Below are positions 9,962-19,277 of a stretch of 63,891 nt of DNA, piece by piece. The notes beneath the pieces are model-generated. The model searched no databases. It was not told the origin of the DNA and saw only the letters and a program-made list of their open reading frames with translations. The position numbers were made by a program, and so were the translations under genes. The DNA lies in the NCBI GenBank assembly GCA_038253125.1, contig JBBSHM010000006.1:1-63891 (forward strand). Reading direction: 5' to 3'. This stretch comes from Acidimicrobiales bacterium (GTDB lineage Bacteria > Actinomycetota > Acidimicrobiia > Acidimicrobiales > JAUJNH01). The stretch's first letter is position 1; each line of letters opens with the position of its first letter.

Positions 9962-10782
9962 GACATCTGGTCAGCGCCGGCGGTCCGGAGCAGCGACAGC
10001 AGGGGCTCCACCAGATCGGGTCGGGCCGCCACGATGGTGCGCTCGTAGTCGAGCGGGCCACCATCCAGGGTGCCCACCCACGCCCCGGCTTCGGAGGCGA
10101 TGAGGGCGCCGGCGGCGTGATCCCACGGATGCAGCCCCCGCTCGTAGTAGGCGTCGAGGCGTCCGCAGGCCACCATGCACAGGTCAAGGGCGGCCGATCC
10201 GGCCCGGCGGATGTCGCGCACGGCCGACAGGACCTGGACCAGCACCGTCGCCTGGGCCTTGCGGCGCGACGCGGCGTAGCCGAACCCCGTCCCGACCAGG
10301 GCGTGAGCCAGCGGGGGCCCGCCGGGCCGCACCGAGACGGGCCGGCCGTTCAATGAGGCGCCGACCCCTCTGACGGCTGCATAGGTGTGGCCCCGCACCG
10401 GGTCGTGCACGACCCCGACGGCGGCCACGCCGTCCACCTGGGCGGCGATGGAGGTGCAGAAGGCCGGGTAGTCATAGGCGAAGTTGGTCGTGCCGTCTAT
10501 GGGGTCCACGACCCACGTCACCCTGGAGGTGCCCGTGACGGCGGCCCCCTCCTCACCCAGCAAACCGTCGTCCGGCCGGGCGGTCAGGAGCCGCTCGGCG
10601 ATCAGCGCCTCGGCGGCCCGGTCGGTGCCGGTCATGAGGTCGGTGGCCGAGCTCTTGGTGGTTACCTCCTCGGGACCCAGTCGGGCGGCGGCGCCGATGA
10701 GCGCTCCGGCCTGGTGGGCCACCTCGACGGCCAGATCGGCAAGCTCGGACAGGTCGAGGCCAGACAGGTCGAGGTCAGACAC
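9958..10782 (-). CDS. Inositol monophosphatase family protein
   Basis: LGEEG, WVVDPIDGTTNF, GSAALDLC, PWDHAAG; start uncertain (10782 or 10800). Confidence 0.92.
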   Translation of the reverse strand: MSDLDLSGLDLSELADLAVEVAHQAGALIGAAARLGPEEVTTKSSATDLMTGTDRAAEALIAERLLTARPDDGLLGEEGAAVTGTSRVTWVVDPIDGTTNFAYDYPAFCTSIAAQVDGVAAVGVVHDPVRGHTYAAVRGVGASLNGRPVSVRPGGPPLAHALVGTGFGYAASRRKAQATVLVQVLSAVRDIRRAGSAALDLCMVACGRLDAYYERGLHPWDHAAGALIASEAGAWVGTLDGGPLDYERTIVAARPDLVEPLLSLLRTAGADQMS

Positions 10783-10860
10783 AGCCGACCATCGAACCAC
10801 GCGGCGGCGGCGAGCCCCCGGGGCGAGACGACTCGCCGTTGCCCGCTACCGTTCCGGCGC

Positions 10861-11574
10861 GTGGCGTCAGAGCACCTGGTGGACCAGGCCCCCGCCCGGG
10901 CCCTGGCCGTCTACGCCCACCCTGACGACGTCGAGGTGGCGTGCGGCGGCACCCTGGCCAGCTGGGTGCGCGCCGGCTGCGAGGCCCACCTCGTCGTGGC
11001 CTGCCAGGGGGACAAGGGCTCCCTCGACCCGGCCGCCGATCCGGTCGCTCTGGCTGCCACCCGGGCTGGCGAGGTGGCCGCCGCCGCCGCCGTGCTGGGC
11101 CTGGCGTCACACCGTCTCCTCGGCATCCCCGACGGCGAGGTCGAGGTCTCGGCCGGGCTGGTCGGCGACCTCGTGGCCGTGATCCGGGCCGTGCGGGCCG
11201 AGGTCGTCATCGCTCCCGATCCCACCGCCTTGCTGTTCGGGCGCCGCTACGTGAACCACCGGGACCATCGCGCCATCGGGGCGGCGACGCTCGACGCCGC
11301 CGCCCCCGCCGCCGCCATGCCCCACTACTTCCCCGACCGGGGGCCGGCGTGGGCGGTGGCCGAGCTCTGGCTGTCCGGCACCCTGGAGCCCGACGCCCAC
11401 GTCGACGTCGGGCCGGTGCTGGCCGTCAAGGCTGCTGCCCTGGCCTGTCACCGCAGCCAGGTCGACCTGCCCGGTGAGCTGCTGCGGTCAGTGGTCGAGC
11501 AGCGGGCCGAGGACGCCGGTCGCGCCGGGGGGGTCCGCTACGCCGAGTCCTTCCGCCGGATGCTCCTGGGCTGA
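10861..11574 (+). CDS. PIG-L/LmbE family deacetylase
   Basis: AHPDD and NHRDH motifs, ACHRSQ. Confidence 0.88.
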   Translation: MASEHLVDQAPARALAVYAHPDDVEVACGGTLASWVRAGCEAHLVVACQGDKGSLDPAADPVALAATRAGEVAAAAAVLGLASHRLLGIPDGEVEVSAGLVGDLVAVIRAVRAEVVIAPDPTALLFGRRYVNHRDHRAIGAATLDAAAPAAAMPHYFPDRGPAWAVAELWLSGTLEPDAHVDVGPVLAVKAAALACHRSQVDLPGELLRSVVEQRAEDAGRAGGVRYAESFRRMLLG

Positions 11575-11587
11575 GCGGATCGGGAGG

Positions 11588-11851
11588 CTACCGGTCCTGG
11601 ACGCGCTTCCACTCGCCCATGGCCCGCAGCCCGAGCACGGCGATGACGGCGACGCCGATCGAGCTGAGCAGCGAACCGGACACCGCGCCGACGGCCTTCG
11701 GCACGTCGCAGCTGCCCGTGCACTGGAGGTTGACGAACGCCCAGCCGATGAGGCCGCCGCACCCGCCGCCGAGGGCGATGCCGGCGAAGGCGAGCACCCG
11801 GGCCTGGACCGACGGCAGGGCGGTCCGCCGGACATCCTTCGGCGTGGTCAC
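11588..11851 (-). CDS. Small hypothetical membrane protein (2 TM, CxxxC loop)
   Basis: Two hydrophobic helices; TACGAT -10 six nt upstream of GTG. Confidence 0.65.
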   Translation of the reverse strand: MTTPKDVRRTALPSVQARVLAFAGIALGGGCGGLIGWAFVNLQCTGSCDVPKAVGAVSGSLLSSIGVAVIAVLGLRAMGEWKRVQDR

Positions 11852-11857
11852 GCAGCG

Positions 11858-11867
11858 ATCGTAGGAT
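11858..11867. promoter_or_regulatory. Overlapping bidirectional -10 elements for two leaderless genes
   Basis: ATCGTAGGAT: TAGGAT on +, TACGAT on -, each 6 nt from a GTG start. Confidence 0.6.
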
Positions 11868-11873
11868 GCGGCG

Positions 11874-12683
11874 GTGCGCTGCCTGGTCGTGATCCCCACC
11901 TACCAGGAGGCGGGGAACGTCGAGGACGTGCTGCGTCGGTGCCGCGACGCCCTGCCCGACGGCGAGGTGCTGGTCGTCGACGACGGCAGCCCCGACGGCA
12001 CCGCGGAGCGGGCCGAGGCGCTGGCCGGGGTGCTGGGCGGGATCTCGGTGCTGCGCAGGACGCGCAAGGAGGGTCTGGGCGCCGCCTACCGGGCCGGCTT
12101 CTCGTGGGGCATCGAGCGGGGGTTCGAGGTGCTGGTCGAGATGGACGCCGACCTCCAGCACGACCCGGCCGAGCTGCCGGGCCTACTCGAACCGGTGCAC
12201 GCCGGTGCCGACCTGGCCATCGGCAGCCGCTACATCGTCGGTGGGTCGATCCCGGCCTGGAGCTGGCACCGCAGGTTCCTGTCCCGCACCGGCAACCGCT
12301 ACGCCTCCCTGGTCCTCGGCCTGCCGGTGGCCGACGCCACCAGCGGCTTCCGGGCCTACCACGCCAACGCCCTGCGCCTCCTCGACACCAGCGCCTTCCG
12401 GGCCGACGGCTACGGCTTCCAGATCGAGACCGCCTACCGGGTCAGCCGGGCCGGCGGCCGGATCGTCGAGGTGCCGATCTCCTTCGCCGACCGGTCGGTC
12501 GGCGAGTCGAAGATGTCGTGGAGGATCGTGGCCGAGGCGCTGGTCCTGGTGACCTGGTGGGCCGCACGGGACCGGCTCTTCCACCGGATCCACACCCAGG
12601 TCAACCACCGGCGGCCCAGGCGGGGCGGCTCGCTGGCCCGGCGGACCGCCGCCAGCCCCCATGACCCGCCGCCGGCACCCTGA
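11874..12683 (+). CDS. ppm1: Polyprenol monophosphomannose synthase (GT2)
   Basis: IPTYQE, VDDGSPDGT, EMDADLQHDP, DATSGFRAY, GYGFQIE. Confidence 0.9.
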   Translation: MRCLVVIPTYQEAGNVEDVLRRCRDALPDGEVLVVDDGSPDGTAERAEALAGVLGGISVLRRTRKEGLGAAYRAGFSWGIERGFEVLVEMDADLQHDPAELPGLLEPVHAGADLAIGSRYIVGGSIPAWSWHRRFLSRTGNRYASLVLGLPVADATSGFRAYHANALRLLDTSAFRADGYGFQIETAYRVSRAGGRIVEVPISFADRSVGESKMSWRIVAEALVLVTWWAARDRLFHRIHTQVNHRRPRRGGSLARRTAASPHDPPPAP

Positions 12684-12686
12684 GCC

Positions 12687-14042
12687 GTGATATCGCCGGC
12701 ACCCGTCCGCTGCGCTCACCAAGCCAGCATCCTGCAGGTCGACATGGATGCGTTCTTCGCCTCGGTTGAGGTGCGGGACGATCCGTCGCTTCAGGGGCTG
12801 CCGGTGGTGGTCGGCGGGCGGGGCGAGCGGGGGGTGGTGGCCGCCGCCTCCTATGAGGCCCGGGTCTACGGGATCCGCTCGGCCATGCCCTCCGGCCGGG
12901 CCCGGCGCCTGTGCCCGCACGCCGTCTGGCTCTCCGGCCGCTACGACCGTTACGTCGAGGTGAGCCACGACCTGCACGAGCTGTTCGCCGAGGTGACCCC
13001 GCTCGTCGAGGGCATCGCCCTCGACGAGGCGTTCCTCGACGTGAGCGGCGCCCGGCGGCTGTTCGGGCCCCCGGCTGTCATCGCCGCCGCCCTCAGGGCC
13101 CGCATCCTCGGCGTGCTGGGGCTGACGGCCAGCGTCGGGGTGGCGCGCATCAAGCTGCTGGCCAAGCTGGCATCTGAGGCGGCCAAGCCCCGGGTCGGAC
13201 CTGACGGTGGCCTCGAGGCCGGAGCCGGGGTGGTCGTGGTCGACTCGGCCTGCGAGCTTGAGTTCCTGCACCCCCACCCGGTGCGGGCGCTGTGGGGCGT
13301 CGGGCCGGCCACGCAGCGTCGGCTGGCTCGCTACGGCATCCGCACCATCGCCGAGCTGGCCGCCCTGCCGCTCGACACCATGGTCACAGCCCTCGGCCCC
13401 AGCCTCGGCCACCACCTTCACGATCTGGCCTGGGCCCGTGATCCCCGTCCGGTGGTGCCTGACCAGGTGGCCAAGTCGATCGGCCACGAGGAGACCTACG
13501 CCCGCGACCTGGCCGCCGCCGCCGAGCTGCGCCGGGAGGTGCTGCGCCTGTCCGACGGCGTGGCCAACCGGCTGCGCCGCTCGGGGGTCGCCGCCCGCAC
13601 CGTCACCTTGAAGGTCCGCTTCGGGGACTTTCGCACCATCACCCGCAGCCGGACCCTGGGCGAGGCCACCGACGTGGCCCATGAGGTGGCCACCGTCGCC
13701 GCCGCCCTGCTCGAGACGGTCGACACCGCCGCCGGCGTACGTCTGCTCGGGGTGTCGTGCAGCCAGCTGGGACCGCCGCCGGCCCGCCAGCTCGAGCTGC
13801 TGCCGTGGCCCGACCGACCCGAGCGGCCCAACGGAGCGGGGGGCCTGTGGCCCGAGCGGCCCAACGGAGCGGGGGGTACGGGCGGCGCCTCCGCCCACCG
13901 GATGGCCGCCGACGCCGTCGAGGGCATCCGCCGCCGCTTCGGCGACCAGGCTGTCGGACCGGCCGTGCTAGCCGGCGATCACGGCCTGCGGGTCAAGCGC
14001 AAGGGCGACACCCAGTGGGGCCCAACCGCCGAAGGTGGATGA
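12687..14042 (+). CDS. dinB: DNA polymerase IV
   Basis: VDMDAFFASVE, ASYEAR, ALDEAFLD, QLELL clamp-binding motif. Confidence 0.95.
   Translation: MISPAPVRCAHQASILQVDMDAFFASVEVRDDPSLQGLPVVVGGRGERGVVAAASYEARVYGIRSAMPSGRARRLCPHAVWLSGRYDRYVEVSHDLHELFAEVTPLVEGIALDEAFLDVSGARRLFGPPAVIAAALRARILGVLGLTASVGVARIKLLAKLASEAAKPRVGPDGGLEAGAGVVVVDSACELEFLHPHPVRALWGVGPATQRRLARYGIRTIAELAALPLDTMVTALGPSLGHHLHDLAWARDPRPVVPDQVAKSIGHEETYARDLAAAAELRREVLRLSDGVANRLRRSGVAARTVTLKVRFGDFRTITRSRTLGEATDVAHEVATVAAALLETVDTAAGVRLLGVSCSQLGPPPARQLELLPWPDRPERPNGAGGLWPERPNGAGGTGGASAHRMAADAVEGIRRRFGDQAVGPAVLAGDHGLRVKRKGDTQWGPTAEGG
13818..13876 (+). repeat. 33-bp period direct repeat inside dinB (2 copies)
   Basis: CCCGAGCGGCCCAACGGAGCGGGGGG at 13818 and 13851; encodes PERPNGAGG twice. 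Confidence 0.9.
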
Positions 14043-14135
14043 AACCTGGCCGGCTGCGTGGCAAAGCGGTTCAGGACCGTGCCAAGATGGGTAGCCCAAC
14101 CTGACCACGAGTTCTAGCGACAAAGATCGGATGAC

Positions 14136-14510
14136 GTGCCGCTCTCCGAGGACGACCAGCGGATCTTCCGGGACATCGAGAACTCGTTCTACGAGTCCGA
14201 CCCCGAGTTCGCCCGTCGGGTCGCCAACAGCCCCGACGTCGTCGGTCACGCCACCCGTAACATGAAGCTGGCGGCGGCTGGCTTCGTCGCCGGGATGATC
14301 GGCGTGGTGGCCCTGCTGCCGGTCGGTCCCATCTTCTCCTTCCTGGGCTTCGCCCTGATGGTCGCCTCGGCGCTGGTGTTCGTCGACAGCGCCCGCAAGG
14401 CCGGCAAGATCGGCCTGCAGTCGCTGAACGAGGTCGTGAAGGAGCGGCGGGAGACCCTGGATGAGGCCCGTCAGCGCATGCGCAACCGGATGAAGCGCGA
14501 AGGCGACTGA
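14136..14510 (+). CDS. DUF3040 family membrane protein
   Basis: MPLSEDDQRIFRDIE...DPEFA start followed by two TM helices. Confidence 0.85.
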   Translation: MPLSEDDQRIFRDIENSFYESDPEFARRVANSPDVVGHATRNMKLAAAGFVAGMIGVVALLPVGPIFSFLGFALMVASALVFVDSARKAGKIGLQSLNEVVKERRETLDEARQRMRNRMKREGD

Positions 14511-14521
14511 TCAGCGCCCGA

Positions 14522-16969
14522 TCAGGACCGATGAGGGCTGATCACGTCGGTCGCCGCCGCCCGCGACTGGTCGGCCCGGAGCCGGGCCAGCGCCGGCCGG
14601 GGGTCGAGGTCGGTGCGCCAGCGGTCCCAGCGGCCAACCGAGCTGCGGCAGGCCAGCACGACCGTGGTCGCCTCGGCCTCGGCGGCGTCGGCCAGGCCTC
14701 CCGTGGCGGAGCGGCCGGTGTAGGCGGTCTGGACCACAGCGGCGCCGAGGCGCCGTAGCGCCTGGTTGGCCCCGGTGCCGGGCCCGAGCCCGGCCCCCTC
14801 GGCGGCGCCGTCCGGCCGGCTGAGCCGTTCCAACAGCTCGTCGACCGTTTCACCGGCCCGGGTTCGCACTCCCGCCAGGGCGAGTGCCTGCACCGCCTCC
14901 TCCCACGCCATGTGCACCCGCCCCTCGGACGAGCCGCCGCCCAGCTCCCGCCGCCGCCGCCGCTCCCAGGCCACAAAGGCGGCCGATCCGAAGACGATGC
15001 CAGCGATCAGGCCGAGAGCGGCCAGGACGGGCGCGGCGCGGCGCAGGAGTGACAGGGCCCCGGCCATCGGGTTCGCGTGCCCAGCCGGGGGCGGGGTCTC
15101 AGCAGGCGGCGGTTGCGGCGGCGGAGCCGTTGTGGGGGCGGTCTCTCCGGGGCCCGGCACCGGCGGGGCCGTCACGGGCGCTGACTGGTCGCCGCCGGAC
15201 GGTGCCGCCGGGATGTAGGGGACCCCGGTGTAGCCCTGAGCCTGCGGGTTGCCCCGACCCGGCGTGGGCTCAAAGGCCGTCCACCCGGTCCCTTCGAGGT
15301 AGACCTCAGGCCAGGCGTGGGCGTCTGAGTCCTTGACGGTGAAGACGCCGTCCTGCTTGCGGCCGGGCTGGAAGCCGACGGCGACCCGGGTGGGCAGGCC
15401 CATCAGCCGGGCCAGCAGGGCGTAGGTGCCGGCGAACTGCTCGCAGTACCCCTTCTTCGACCTGAAGAGGAACTGGTCGACGGCGCTGCCCGAGTGACCG
15501 GCGGGGGCGTCGAGGCTGTAGGTGAACTCGCTGGAGCGCAGGTAGTCCTGCACGGCGAGGGCCTTGTCGTAGGGCGTCGCCCCGCCCTGGGACAGCTGCA
15601 TCGCCTTCTGGCGGACCCGAGCCGAGGTGGGACCCCCGACGTTGGTGTAGCGCCCCAGGTCGACGCCGAGGCCGCTGGCCCCGGGCTCCGATGCCGGCGC
15701 CTGCCGCAGCTCCCCGGGGGTGAGGTCGGCCACCTCAGAGGTGATGGCGTACCTGAGGCCGTCGCTGGTGTCCTTCTTTGAGATCAGGCTGTCGGAGCCC
15801 GGGCTGTAGGAGAGGCCGGCGACACCGTCGACCTTGGTAGGGCGGTAGGCGGCCGGCAGCCAGATCGACGACAGCGCGGCCACCTGGACCTGCTGGACCA
15901 GCCGCGGCCGGTCACCCTTCGCCCGCTCCAGGTCGCCCCGGCTGGAGGCGTAGCGCTCGTTCGACGACCAGATCGTCCCGTCGAACTGGTCGAGGCTGGT
16001 CAGGCGCCAGTAGGCGGGACGCGGTGACTCGACGGTGAAGACGTCGACGTTGGCGTACTCACGCAGCCGGGTCCGGATGTCGACCAGCGGACTGATCGTC
16101 GACCGACTGCCCGACCCGGACCCGCCCGACCCCTTGTTGAACGTCACCAGGGCCTTGGACGTCGCCCCCGGCACCCGCGGCCCGAGCACCAGACCGGCCA
16201 CCACGGCCACCGTGCCGAGCACCGCCCCGGCTGAGAGCAGGCTCGGCAGGGCGCCCTGCTCGCGCCCGCCGAACCACGGGGTCTCGTTGCCCTCGAGGTT
16301 GGCCCGCTGCACGATCAGGAACAGCAGGGCGGCGCCGGCGAGGGCGGCGGCGGGAGAGCCTTGGCGCGACCTGGCCCCGAGCACGGCGGCGAAGACGAAG
16401 AACCCGAGGGCCGGAACGCAGGCCTCGAACGACCTGCGCATCCGGAACGCCGCCCAGTCGGCCAGGAAGGCGCACATGCACAGCCCCACCACGGCGGCGG
16501 CGAGGAAGCCCGGGGCCGGGGCGACCGGCGGCACGGCGGTGCGGAAGGCGCCCTGGGCGTCGGTCAGGGCCTGGCCCATGACCTGGAACGTGAAGGGGGT
16601 TGGCAGGCCGAAGGTGGTGGCCTGCGGCACCACCAGCTCGACAGCCACGAGCAGGCTGAGCAGCGGTGAGGCGATCGCGGTGGCGGCGAGGCCGGCGCCG
16701 AGGCGGCGGAGGCCCCAGGCCAGCAGGTGGCCCAGGCCGGCGGCCGCCACGGCGTAGGCCAGCCAGCCCGTCCCATGGAAGAGCCGCCCGAGCGACAGGG
16801 CCACGGCGATGCTCAAAAGGGACAGGCACAGCGTGGCCAGGTCGTCGAGCCGGGCCACCCTGGCCTCGGGTCGGCGCCACGGCAGCCGGGAGCGCCATCC
16901 CGGGGCGGCAGCCGCCGACGGTGCCGGCGGCGGCCCGGACGGCGGCCGGGTCGGGGCCAGGGTGCTCAT
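14522..16969 (-). CDS. Membrane transglutaminase-like protein (TgpA/DUF3488 + TGase)
   Basis: Multi-TM N-terminus, YWRLTSLDQFDG, GYCEQFA, AHAWPEVY, FEPTP. Confidence 0.9.
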   Translation of the reverse strand: MSTLAPTRPPSGPPPAPSAAAAPGWRSRLPWRRPEARVARLDDLATLCLSLLSIAVALSLGRLFHGTGWLAYAVAAAGLGHLLAWGLRRLGAGLAATAIASPLLSLLVAVELVVPQATTFGLPTPFTFQVMGQALTDAQGAFRTAVPPVAPAPGFLAAAVVGLCMCAFLADWAAFRMRRSFEACVPALGFFVFAAVLGARSRQGSPAAALAGAALLFLIVQRANLEGNETPWFGGREQGALPSLLSAGAVLGTVAVVAGLVLGPRVPGATSKALVTFNKGSGGSGSGSRSTISPLVDIRTRLREYANVDVFTVESPRPAYWRLTSLDQFDGTIWSSNERYASSRGDLERAKGDRPRLVQQVQVAALSSIWLPAAYRPTKVDGVAGLSYSPGSDSLISKKDTSDGLRYAITSEVADLTPGELRQAPASEPGASGLGVDLGRYTNVGGPTSARVRQKAMQLSQGGATPYDKALAVQDYLRSSEFTYSLDAPAGHSGSAVDQFLFRSKKGYCEQFAGTYALLARLMGLPTRVAVGFQPGRKQDGVFTVKDSDAHAWPEVYLEGTGWTAFEPTPGRGNPQAQGYTGVPYIPAAPSGGDQSAPVTAPPVPGPGETAPTTAPPPQPPPAETPPPAGHANPMAGALSLLRRAAPVLAALGLIAGIVFGSAAFVAWERRRRRELGGGSSEGRVHMAWEEAVQALALAGVRTRAGETVDELLERLSRPDGAAEGAGLGPGTGANQALRRLGAAVVQTAYTGRSATGGLADAAEAEATTVVLACRSSVGRWDRWRTDLDPRPALARLRADQSRAAATDVISPHRS

Positions 16970-18156
16970 GATCCGGTCCTGAGGGCCTGGCCGACGCCGG
17001 CGGCCCAGGCTGCTGCGAACGCCGGCTGGCCGATGCAGCGCACCACGGTGGCGCCGACCGGCGATGAGGGCTGCGGCCGGTCGTCGAACACCACCACCAC
17101 CGGGGCTCTGCGCCCCCGGCGGGCCCGGGCGGCCATGCCGACGGCGCCCGGCCCGGCCCGTCCCGTGGTGATGGTGGCGAGCGAGCTGTCCCGGGCCAGG
17201 GCGACGCCAGCCAGGGTCAGAGCCAGGTCATGAGCCGGGTCGGTATCGGGCTCCCAGGCGGCCAGCCGCTCCAGGACGGCGTCGAGGTGAGCCCGGCCCG
17301 TGCCATGGCCGGTGTCGACCCGGTCCGTCCCGAGGATCCGCAGCTCGAGCCCGGCGGCCAGGCACGCCGAGGTGATGGAGGCGGCCGCCGACATGGCGGC
17401 CTCGAACGACGGCTCGTCGTGGACCGATGCCCGCACGTCGACCACGACGGTCGCCCGCCCCTGCCAGGGCAGCTCGTCCTGGCGGATCAGCAGGTCCTCG
17501 GTGTGCGCCGAGGACTTCCAGTGGACCCGACGCAGGTCGTCACCCACCACGTAGGGGCGCAGGGCGTGGAAGTCCTGGCCGCTCGGCCCGAACGACGGCT
17601 GGGTGACCGAGCCGCCCCGGGGATCGGCCCCCCTGGTGTGGGGGAGGGCGGCGATGCGGTCGATGCGGGGGTAGACGGTGAGGGTGTCCCGGCCGGCCAC
17701 CTCGACGGTGCGGCTGACGAGGCCGAGCGGATCGCTGCGGATCAGCTGCAGCGGACCCACGCTGAACAGCCCCCGGCGGTCGGTCGGCACCCGGTAGGAG
17801 GACGTGCAGCCCTGCCCGGGCGGGAGGGGGGCGAGCCTCAGGCGGGCCCAGCGCCGGCCTCCGTCGAACGGGTCCCGGGTGGTCACCACCGGTGACCTGT
17901 GGGTGCCGAGGTTGCGCACGTTGAGGTCAACCCGGCAGGCCGCCCCGGCGTGGACACGGCCCGGCACCATCCGGCGCACGACTTCGAGCTCGAGCGGCCC
18001 GTAGGCGACGAGCAGCAGGCTGGCCCCGGTGAGGACGACGGCCGTGAGCCCGAGCGAGGTCAGCTCGCCCACCCCGACGAGGCGGCCGACGACGGGGAGC
18101 ACCACGCCCACCACGGCCAGGCTCCACCCCCGCCGGGTCAGGCGCGCCCCCCTCAT
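16966..18156 (-). CDS. DUF58 (vWA-like) protein
   Basis: LRPYVVGDDLRRVHWKSSA; lies between MoxR and the transglutaminase. Confidence 0.92.
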   Translation of the reverse strand: MRGARLTRRGWSLAVVGVVLPVVGRLVGVGELTSLGLTAVVLTGASLLLVAYGPLELEVVRRMVPGRVHAGAACRVDLNVRNLGTHRSPVVTTRDPFDGGRRWARLRLAPLPPGQGCTSSYRVPTDRRGLFSVGPLQLIRSDPLGLVSRTVEVAGRDTLTVYPRIDRIAALPHTRGADPRGGSVTQPSFGPSGQDFHALRPYVVGDDLRRVHWKSSAHTEDLLIRQDELPWQGRATVVVDVRASVHDEPSFEAAMSAAASITSACLAAGLELRILGTDRVDTGHGTGRAHLDAVLERLAAWEPDTDPAHDLALTLAGVALARDSSLATITTGRAGPGAVGMAARARRGRRAPVVVVFDDRPQPSSPVGATVVRCIGQPAFAAAWAAGVGQALRTGS

Positions 18157-18166
18157 GCTCGGGTCG

Positions 18167-19117
18167 TCATGCTCGGGTCGTCGGGACCACGACGCCGGCC
18201 AGGCACTGGGCGAGCACGTCGGCGGTCGTCGAGCCACCCAGGCTGGCTTCGGGCGTCAGGACCATCCGGTGCTCCAGCACCGGGCCGGCCAGCGCCTTCA
18301 GGTCGTCCGGCACTACGTACTCCCGGCCGAGGGAAGCGGCCCGGGCCCGGCCCGCCCGCTGCAGGCTGAGGCAGGCCCGGGGGGACATGCCGAGCGCCAG
18401 CGCCGGGTGGCGCCTGGTGGCTGCGGCCAGGTCGACGATGTAGCCCTTCAGGGACGGGGCCACGTGAACGGTGCGCGACAGGTCGATCATGGCCTCTATG
18501 TCGTCGGTGGTGACCACCGGTTCGACGCCGGCCATCGGGTCGGCGCCGGCGTGGGCGTCGAGCATGTCCATCTCGGCGGCCCGGCCCGGGTAGCCCATGG
18601 CGATCTTCAGCAGGAAGCGGTCCAGCTGGGCCTCAGGCAGCGGGTAGGTGCCCTCGTGCTCCACCGGGTTCTGGGTGGCGATCACCATGAACGGGCTGGG
18701 CAGCACGTAGGAGGTGGCGTCGACGGTGACGGTGCGCTCCTCCATGGCCTCGAGCAGCGCCGACTGGGTCTTCGGGCTGGCCCGGTTGATCTCGTCGCCC
18801 AGGACCACGTTGGCGAAAATGCCGCCCGGCCGGAACTCAAAGCTGCTGGAGGCCCGGCTGAAGACGGTGACCCCGGTCACGTCCGACGGCAGGAGGTCAG
18901 GGGTGAACTGGATGCGGTTCCACTTGCCTCCCAGGCTGGCGGCCAGGGCCTTGGCCAGGCTGGTCTTGCCGGTGCCGGGCACGTCCTCGATGAGCAGGTG
19001 GCCCTCGGCGAGCAGGCACAGCGCGGCCAGCAGGATCGTGTCCCGCTTGCCCTGGATCACCTGCTCGACGTTGACGACGATCGCCTGCACGTTGGCCGCG
19101 AAGGCGTCGATGGCCAT
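18167..19117 (-). CDS. MoxR family AAA+ ATPase
   Basis: EDVPGTGKT, RIQFTPDLLPSD, DEINRASPKTQSALLE, ATQNPVE. Confidence 0.96.
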   Translation of the reverse strand: MAIDAFAANVQAIVVNVEQVIQGKRDTILLAALCLLAEGHLLIEDVPGTGKTSLAKALAASLGGKWNRIQFTPDLLPSDVTGVTVFSRASSSFEFRPGGIFANVVLGDEINRASPKTQSALLEAMEERTVTVDATSYVLPSPFMVIATQNPVEHEGTYPLPEAQLDRFLLKIAMGYPGRAAEMDMLDAHAGADPMAGVEPVVTTDDIEAMIDLSRTVHVAPSLKGYIVDLAAATRRHPALALGMSPRACLSLQRAGRARAASLGREYVVPDDLKALAGPVLEHRMVLTPEASLGGSTTADVLAQCLAGVVVPTTRA

Positions 19118-19277
19118 GCTGCTCCGCCCCCGGATCCGTGACGCCACCGAGGCGAGGTTACGGGGGCCGTGCCGCTCACCGCCATCAGGGGTGGCCGACG
19201 GCGCCCAGGGTGGCGTCAGTGGTGGGGAGCGGGACCGGCTGGGTAGCCTGCGTCGGAGTCGAGGAAGAGGAGCAGCC

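Noticed and set aside
12600-12700. SOS box for dinB
   Set aside because: No GAAC-N4-GTTC found; dinB starts 3 nt after ppm1 and seems co-transcribed
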